64,000 bases of DNA. It comes from Dehalococcoidia bacterium. Lineage in GTDB: Bacteria > Chloroflexota > Dehalococcoidia > UBA2979. A program made the translations under genes and the position numbers. Below the pieces are notes generated by a model. The model saw only the letters and a list, made by a program, of their open reading frames with translations, did no database searches and had not been told where the DNA came from. Shown here in pieces: positions 58,643 to 64,000 of this stretch (positions within the stretch are counted from its first letter, which is position 1; each line of letters begins with the position of its first letter). Location of the stretch: positions 3,146,885 to 3,210,884 of the forward strand of contig OZ244720.1 in the NCBI GenBank assembly GCA_965219085.1, in the 5' to 3' direction.

Positions 58643-59470
58643 ATGTCCGATTGGGAATTCATCGAGGTAGAGCGGGAAGGGCGCGTCGGGATCGTGCGCT
58701 TCAACCGGCCGGATCGGATGAACGCGATGGGCGCCGAGCTGGGCTCCGAGGTCTACCACGCGCTCGAGGAGTTCAACGCCGACCCCGGCATCGGCGCGAT
58801 CGTGACGACCGGCAACGGTCGCGCGTACAGCTCCGGCGCCGACCTGAGCGCGCGCATGGGCGGCGACTTCGACACCACGCGGCCGCCGACGACGAACGTG
58901 AGCCCATGGGAGCCCGAGTTCCTCGCGCTCAGGTGCAAGCCGCTGATCGCCGCGGTCAACGGGGTCGCGCTGGGCGTCGGCATCACCTCACTCCTCTGGT
59001 ACGACTCGATCGTCGCTTCAACCCAGGCGCGCTTCTCGATGCGCTTCGCGGCGATTGGCCTGACGCCCGAGCTCGGTTCGGCGTGGGCGCTGCCTCGGCT
59101 GATCGGCCTCCACAACGCTAAGCAGATGATGCTCACGGGGCGGATCTACAGCGCGCAGGAGGCCTTCGAGTTCGGTCTGGTGCACCGGCTGGTCGAGCCC
59201 GACCAGCTCATGCCCGAGGCGGTCGCGCTCGCGCAGGAAATCGCCGCGAACCCCACGTCGACGTTGCGCACGATCAAGGAGCTGGCGTTCCGGGAGCTGT
59301 TCGCGCCCAGCCTGGAAGCGACGGAGCAGCGGTCCACCTCGACATTCAATGCAGCGCTCGAGACGCCCGAGCACCGCGAGGCGATCCGCGCGTTCGCGGA
59401 GAAGCGCGCGCCCCGATTCCACGACGCTGAGCGCATGCGCGAGGTGGTCGAGGAGATGCGCGAGGGCTAG
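58643..59470 (+). CDS. Enoyl-CoA hydratase/isomerase (crotonase family)
   Basis: ATG after AAGGAG. IVRFNRPDRMNAM, TTGNGRAYSSGADL and KPLIAAVNGVALGVGITSLLWYDSIVAS are crotonase blocks. Confidence 0.8.
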   Translation: MSDWEFIEVEREGRVGIVRFNRPDRMNAMGAELGSEVYHALEEFNADPGIGAIVTTGNGRAYSSGADLSARMGGDFDTTRPPTTNVSPWEPEFLALRCKPLIAAVNGVALGVGITSLLWYDSIVASTQARFSMRFAAIGLTPELGSAWALPRLIGLHNAKQMMLTGRIYSAQEAFEFGLVHRLVEPDQLMPEAVALAQEIAANPTSTLRTIKELAFRELFAPSLEATEQRSTSTFNAALETPEHREAIRAFAEKRAPRFHDAERMREVVEEMREG

Positions 59471-59473
59471 CCG

Positions 59474-60661
59474 TTGGCGCAGCTGCCCGCATCCGCGCTG
59501 ACGCACTTGGAGTGCTCGATCTGCGGCGCGCGCCACGAGTGCGACGAGTTGCAGACGATCTGCCGTGAGTGCGGCCGCGTGCTGTTCGCGCGTTACGATC
59601 TCGACGCCGCGAGGGAGACCCTGACACGCGAGGCACTGCGCGGACGCGAGGCCTCGATGTGGCGCTACGCCGAGGTGATGCCCGCGAGCGAGCTTGCAGG
59701 CTCGGTGTCCCTCGGCGAGGGCATGACCCCGCTGCTTGCCGCACCGCGGCTCGGGGCGGAGCTCGGTTGCAGCGATCTGCTGGTGAAGGACGAGGGCGGT
59801 AACCCGACCGGATCGTTCAAGGCGCGCGGCACTGCCGCCGCGATGGCCATGGCGGGGCGCCTCGGCGTGACCGACATCGGCATGCCGACCGCCGGAAACG
59901 CCGGCTCAGCCGCAGCCGCCTACGCCGCGCACAGCGGCATCACCGCCCACGTCGCGATGCCTGCCGACACCCCGGCGGCGATCATCCAGGAGGTGCTGAA
60001 CCTCGGCGCCGATCTTCAGCTCGTCGACGGGCTGATCACCGACGCCGGACGGCTCATCGCCGAGCGCTGCCGCGAGCACGGCTGGTTCGAGATGTCGACG
60101 CTCAAGGAGCCGTACCGCGCCGAGGGCAAGAAGACGATGGGGTACGAGCTCTGGGAGCAACTCGATGGCGAGTTACCGGACGTGGTGCTCTATCCGACCG
60201 GCGGGGGGACCGGGCTGATCGGGATGTGGAAGGCGTTCGAGGAGCTGGAAGCGATGGGGTTGATCGGCAGCGAGCGGCCTCGCATGTGCGTCGTGCAGTC
60301 CGACGGCTGCGCACCGATCGTGCGCGCCTGGAGCAACGGCGACGATCGCGCCGAGCCGTGGCAGGACGCGGCGACGGTCGCGCCCGGCATCCGCGTGCCC
60401 GCCCCGTTCGCCGACGACCTGATCCTGCGCACCCTGCGCGAGAGCGGTGGCGCGGCCATCGCCGTCCCCGACGAGTCGATCGTGCCCGCGATGCGCCGCT
60501 TCGGCCGCACCGAGGGCATCGACGCCTGCCCCGAGGGCGCATCGACGCTCGTGGGGCTCGAGATGCTGCTCGTGGCAGGGACGATCCAGCCCGACGAGCG
60601 GATCGTGCTGTTCAACACTGGCACGGGTCTCAAGCACCCGGAACTGCGCCCGGAAGTCTGA
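59474..60661 (+). CDS. thrC: Threonine synthase (short form with N-terminal zinc ribbon)
   Basis: Cys4 ribbon (CSICGARHECDELQTICRECG). PLP lysine motif in GGNPTGSFKARG, and a glycine-rich PLP loop (PTGGGTGLIG). TTG start immediately after the upstream stop, so start choice is uncertain. Confidence 0.8.
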   Translation: MAQLPASALTHLECSICGARHECDELQTICRECGRVLFARYDLDAARETLTREALRGREASMWRYAEVMPASELAGSVSLGEGMTPLLAAPRLGAELGCSDLLVKDEGGNPTGSFKARGTAAAMAMAGRLGVTDIGMPTAGNAGSAAAAYAAHSGITAHVAMPADTPAAIIQEVLNLGADLQLVDGLITDAGRLIAERCREHGWFEMSTLKEPYRAEGKKTMGYELWEQLDGELPDVVLYPTGGGTGLIGMWKAFEELEAMGLIGSERPRMCVVQSDGCAPIVRAWSNGDDRAEPWQDAATVAPGIRVPAPFADDLILRTLRESGGAAIAVPDESIVPAMRRFGRTEGIDACPEGASTLVGLEMLLVAGTIQPDERIVLFNTGTGLKHPELRPEV

Positions 60662-60749
60662 TGGGCCGCGTGCACTCTCCAGGCACGCAAGAGACCGGGC
60701 CCACCGCATATGCGGCAGGCCCGGCCTTGTGGTCGCTACCGATTGGCCG

Positions 60750-61979
60750 CTAGCCGCGCGGCAGCTGCAGTCCGCGCGTCGCGATGATGTTGCGCTGGAT
60801 CTCGGACGAGCCGCCCGCGATCGTCATCACCACCGAGTGCACGTTCGTCTGCGTGAACTCCCCGTACTGCGCTGCGTGCGGGCTGTCCGGGTCCCAGACG
60901 TTCGAGTAGAGCCCGTACGTCTTGATGCCGGTCCGCGAGACGCGCTGCATCAGCTCGGTGTTGAACATCTTCGTCGTCGACGCCTCGTAGTTCGGGATGA
61001 GGCCCCGTGACTGCAGCGAGATGACGCGGAACGAGAAGTTGAACATCACTTCCGTGTCGATGTAGTGCTGCGCGATGTCCAGACGCTGCCGCTGCAGGCC
61101 GCCGTGCTCGATCTGCGACATGCCGTGCTCGCTCTGCACGTTCTCGCGCAGGCGGTCGAGCTGCTTGCGGATCGCGATCGCGCCGTCCACGAACGAGCGC
61201 TCGTAGTCGAGCAGCGTGACGCCGACGTACCAGCCGCGGTTCTCCTCGCCGATGAGGTTCTCGGCGGGGACGTGCACGTCCTCGTAGAACGTCTCGTTGG
61301 TGGCGTGCTCCCAGCCCATCGAGATGATCGGGCGCACGTTGATGCCCGGCGTCGCCATGTCCATCACGAGGAACGAGATGCCGCGGTGCTTCGGCGCCGA
61401 GGGGTCGGTGCGGAACATGCCGAAGATCCAGTTCGACTTGTGCGCCGTCGACGTCCACATCTTCTGGCCGTTGATGACGTAGTCGTCACCGTCGCGCACC
61501 GCGCGCGTCTGTAGCGATGCGAGGTCGGAACCGGCGCCCGGCTCGGAGAAGCCCTGCGCCCACAGGATGTCGCCGGCGAGTGTCGGCGCCAGCAGCTGCT
61601 CCTTCTGCGCATCGGTGCCGTGTACAAGCACGGTCGGTCCGAGCAGGCTGAGACCGGAGCCACCGATCTTCGGCGCCTCAAGCTCGGCCATCTCCTGATT
61701 GAAGATGAACTGCTCCATCGTGCTCAGGCCGCCGCCGCCGTACTCCCTGGGCCAGTGCGGGGCGGACCAGCCACGCTCGAGCAGCGCGTCGGCCCATTCC
61801 TTGGCGGCCTGCTTGGCGTCGTCGTCGCCGTGGACGATGTCTTCCTGCCAGTCACCTTCGAGGCCGGCCGGGCGAGGATCGTCGCCCCTGGCCCGGTAGA
61901 ACTGCGGCAGGTTCTGCTGGATGAATGTCCGCACGCCACTGCGGAAGTCTGCCTGCTCCTGAGAGTCGGCCCACTCCAT
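60750..61979 (-). CDS. Acyl-CoA dehydrogenase (paralog of 6728..7939)
   Basis: MEWADSQEQADFRSGV start. FSEPGAGSDL, and the shared C-terminus GGSSEIQRNIIATRGLQLPRG. Confidence 0.8.
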   Translation of the reverse strand: MEWADSQEQADFRSGVRTFIQQNLPQFYRARGDDPRPAGLEGDWQEDIVHGDDDAKQAAKEWADALLERGWSAPHWPREYGGGGLSTMEQFIFNQEMAELEAPKIGGSGLSLLGPTVLVHGTDAQKEQLLAPTLAGDILWAQGFSEPGAGSDLASLQTRAVRDGDDYVINGQKMWTSTAHKSNWIFGMFRTDPSAPKHRGISFLVMDMATPGINVRPIISMGWEHATNETFYEDVHVPAENLIGEENRGWYVGVTLLDYERSFVDGAIAIRKQLDRLRENVQSEHGMSQIEHGGLQRQRLDIAQHYIDTEVMFNFSFRVISLQSRGLIPNYEASTTKMFNTELMQRVSRTGIKTYGLYSNVWDPDSPHAAQYGEFTQTNVHSVVMTIAGGSSEIQRNIIATRGLQLPRG

Positions 61980-62243
61980 GGTTGGTCTCCTTCGATGCTG
62001 CCGACGCCGAACCCGTCTCGCTGGCGTCGTGCGCACTATGCCAGACGCAGCCCCGGCCGTGCGAATGACGGCGACGCCACGCGCGCGGTTCGCCCGGGCG
62101 CGCATCGGCTACGATGCAGCCTCGCACCCGTCCCCGCGCGTGCACCTGCGCGCGGGAAGCCGGCCGGCGGGCCGTTGGAAGGCCGTCCAGTGGTAGCGGG
62201 TGTCCGCGACCCCATCGAGATAGCCGTCCTCTCGCACGACGGC

Positions 62244-63608
62244 ATGCAGGACGTCGCGCCGGGCGTGGCGGCCCTCGCGGGCATCACGCCCGCGGCGGCC
62301 GCGGCCTCGCCTGCGCGAGGGCGTCCGCGCTTCTTCTACGGCTACGCCATGCTCGGCTCGCTGATGGGCATCCACTGGTACATGAGCGCCGCGTTCGTGT
62401 ACGGCTTCGGCGCGCTCTTCGTGCCCATTCTCGATACGTTCGGATGGAGCCGCGGGATCGGCTCGCTCGCGGCTTCGTTCCGGCAGCCCGTGGGCGGCGC
62501 GATGGGGCCACTCGTCGGGATGTTCGTCGACCGCTACGGGGCGCGGCCGGTCGTGATCTCGGGCGTGCTTATCACGTCGTTCGGGCTGGCGTCGCTGAGC
62601 TGGATACAGTCGCTGTGGATGCTCTTCGCGTCGTTCGGGATCATCTCGCTCGGCATGAGCGCGACGCTCGGCGTCGGCTTCAACTCGGCGATCGTGAACT
62701 GGTTCGTGCGCAATCGAGGGCGGGCACTCGGCATCGGCTACTCCGGCGCCATCCTGAGCGGGCCGTTCGTCGGCGTCGTCGTGTGGATGGAGTCGACCTA
62801 CGGCTGGCGCGACACGGCGTTCATGACCGGGGTCGGGATGCTGCTGCTCGGCCTCCCGCTCTCGCTGATCGTGCGCACCCGCCCGTCCGACATCGGCCAG
62901 CTCCCCGACGGCGACGACCCGTCCGACCCCGCGGCCGTCGAGGCGCAGCGGGTAGCCCAGTCCGGACCGCAGTCGAGCGCGGGCGAGGCATTGCGGGACC
63001 GCAACCTGTGGCTGCTCGGGCTCGTCTTCGGGCTGCTCTCGATGGGCGTCTCGGGGTTCATGCTGCACCAGATCCCGTACTTCGAAAGCCTGGGCTTCAG
63101 TCGCGCCGCGGCGGCGAGCACGCTGGCGTACTTCACCATCCTGAGCGTGGTCGGCCGCATCGGCACCGGCTTCGTCATGGACTGGATGGGGCGACGCGGC
63201 CTCGATCTGCGGCTCGTGCCTGCGGGACTGCTCGCGATCCAGGCAGTCGCGCTGTTTTATGTAGCGCACGTCCAGACCTACTGGCAGATGATCCCGTTCA
63301 CGCTGCTGTTGGGCATCTCATTCGGTGGCGGCATTCCGGCGAGGCCGATCCTGATCACACGCGTCTTCGGCCTGCGCCAGTACGGCACGATCCAGGGGAC
63401 GCTCAATTTCCTCGTGATCCCGTTCTCGGTCGTCTCGCCCATGCTGCTCGGGCTGTTCTACGACTGGCGCGGCAACTACTACGCCGCGGTGATGCTGCTG
63501 GCCGTGCTCACGACGGCCGGCATCGCCTCGGCGTTCCTGCTGCGGCTCCCGCCCGCGCCGGGTGAAGCGAGCGAGGCAACGGAGGACGGCGCGCCGAGCG
63601 CTGCCTGA
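62244..63608 (+). CDS. MFS-superfamily transporter
   Basis: 12 predicted TM helices with the MFS loop-2/3 motif region (GMFVDRYGARPVVISG). The start codon choice (MQDV...) is approximate. Confidence 0.7.
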   Translation: MQDVAPGVAALAGITPAAAAASPARGRPRFFYGYAMLGSLMGIHWYMSAAFVYGFGALFVPILDTFGWSRGIGSLAASFRQPVGGAMGPLVGMFVDRYGARPVVISGVLITSFGLASLSWIQSLWMLFASFGIISLGMSATLGVGFNSAIVNWFVRNRGRALGIGYSGAILSGPFVGVVVWMESTYGWRDTAFMTGVGMLLLGLPLSLIVRTRPSDIGQLPDGDDPSDPAAVEAQRVAQSGPQSSAGEALRDRNLWLLGLVFGLLSMGVSGFMLHQIPYFESLGFSRAAAASTLAYFTILSVVGRIGTGFVMDWMGRRGLDLRLVPAGLLAIQAVALFYVAHVQTYWQMIPFTLLLGISFGGGIPARPILITRVFGLRQYGTIQGTLNFLVIPFSVVSPMLLGLFYDWRGNYYAAVMLLAVLTTAGIASAFLLRLPPAPGEASEATEDGAPSAA

Positions 63609-63632
63609 GCGCGGCACGCCATCCCGTGGCGG

Positions 63633-64000
63633 CTACCGGCGCCACTCCGCGATGTTCCACAGCTCGCTGTCCCACGCGTTGATGCGCACGCCTTGCAGCG
63701 TGTCGAGGTGGGCCGACACGAATCCTCGAAGGACCAGCGGGATCTCGGCGTAACCCTGCACGAGCAGGTCGTTGAGCTGGCGGATGAGTGTCGCTCGCTG
63801 GCCTTCGTCCGTGGTCTGCGTGAGCGCCTCGAAGACCCGGTCGTACGCCGGGTCGCACCAGCGCGGGATGTTGCCGTCGGCCCAGTTGTTGTCGCGCGTT
63901 GCGATGTGGCCGCAGCGCAGGCCGGACAGGTACTCCTGCGGGTCGATACCCGGCCCGGTGGTGTACATCTGCACGTCCGCGAAGAACCGCCGGTAGGTCG
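63633..64000 (-). CDS. ABC transporter substrate-binding protein (family 5, peptide/nickel type), C-terminal part; 5' end beyond the window
   Basis: NNWADGNIPRWCDPAYDRVFEALTQTTDEGQRATLIRQLNDLLVQGYAEIPL matches the SBP_bac_5 C-terminal consensus. The ORF is open to the window edge. Confidence 0.6.
   Translation of the reverse strand, partial: TYRRFFADVQMYTTGPGIDPQEYLSGLRCGHIATRDNNWADGNIPRWCDPAYDRVFEALTQTTDEGQRATLIRQLNDLLVQGYAEIPLVLRGFVSAHLDTLQGVRINAWDSELWNIAEWRR

Noticed and set aside
1-64000. CRISPR arrays, rRNA genes, additional tRNAs
   Set aside because: No short regularly spaced direct repeats and no rRNA-like conserved blocks. Only the two tRNAs and the one tRNA fragment fold as cloverleaves

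Overview
This is a 64-kb, high-GC (about 68%) bacterial window with GGAGG-type ribosome-binding sites, probably from Actinomycetota or Chloroflexota. All calls rest on reading the six-frame track and sequence by eye; no searches were run.

The flanks (1-15.4 kb and 51.8-64 kb) look like core genome dominated by CoA-thioester metabolism:
- fused double-domain family III CoA-transferases in tandem
- three enoyl-CoA hydratases and two paralogous acyl-CoA dehydrogenases
- MDR oxidoreductase, SDR, isochorismatase-family hydrolase, glutamate dehydrogenase, Kef-type antiporter, tandem universal stress protein
- MmgE/PrpD, truncated LLM flavin oxidoreductase, phosphotriesterase-family hydrolase, threonine synthase, MFS transporter

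Between a complete tRNA-Leu(CAA) at 15640-15728 and an exact 44-nt copy of its 3' half at 51685-51728 lies a roughly 36-kb integrated-island-like segment with no recognisable integrase. It carries:
- six IS elements or remnants: an internally deleted IS5 derivative with intact inverted repeats, an intact IS256, two IS110, an IS1380 remnant, and an intact IS3 with inverted repeats
- a run of decayed toxin-antitoxin loci (a VapC/PIN stub after its upstream antitoxin, Doc with an in-frame TAG beside an intact antitoxin, an orphan ParD, Fic and AbiEii fragments)
- an NfeD-flotillin pair
- a giant adhesin-like gene shattered by the IS3 and multiple frameshifts, ending in an unfamiliar tandem C-terminal module that a divergently oriented neighbour also carries
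- metabolic cargo: Zn-ADH, Ldh_2 oxidoreductase, enoyl-CoA hydratase, VOC protein, a third fused CoA-transferase, DASS transporter

Most worth a second look:
- the tRNA-bounded island
- a thioredoxin-fold gene with an in-frame TGA at a UxxC position (possible selenoprotein)
- the fused CoA-transferase paralog family
- the unfamiliar C-terminal module and a 5x blade-like repeat in the adhesin
- several otherwise conserved genes carrying single frameshifts (a DUF2330-like gene twice, the third CoA-transferase, the adhesin); read-level confirmation is needed to tell pseudogenes from assembly indels
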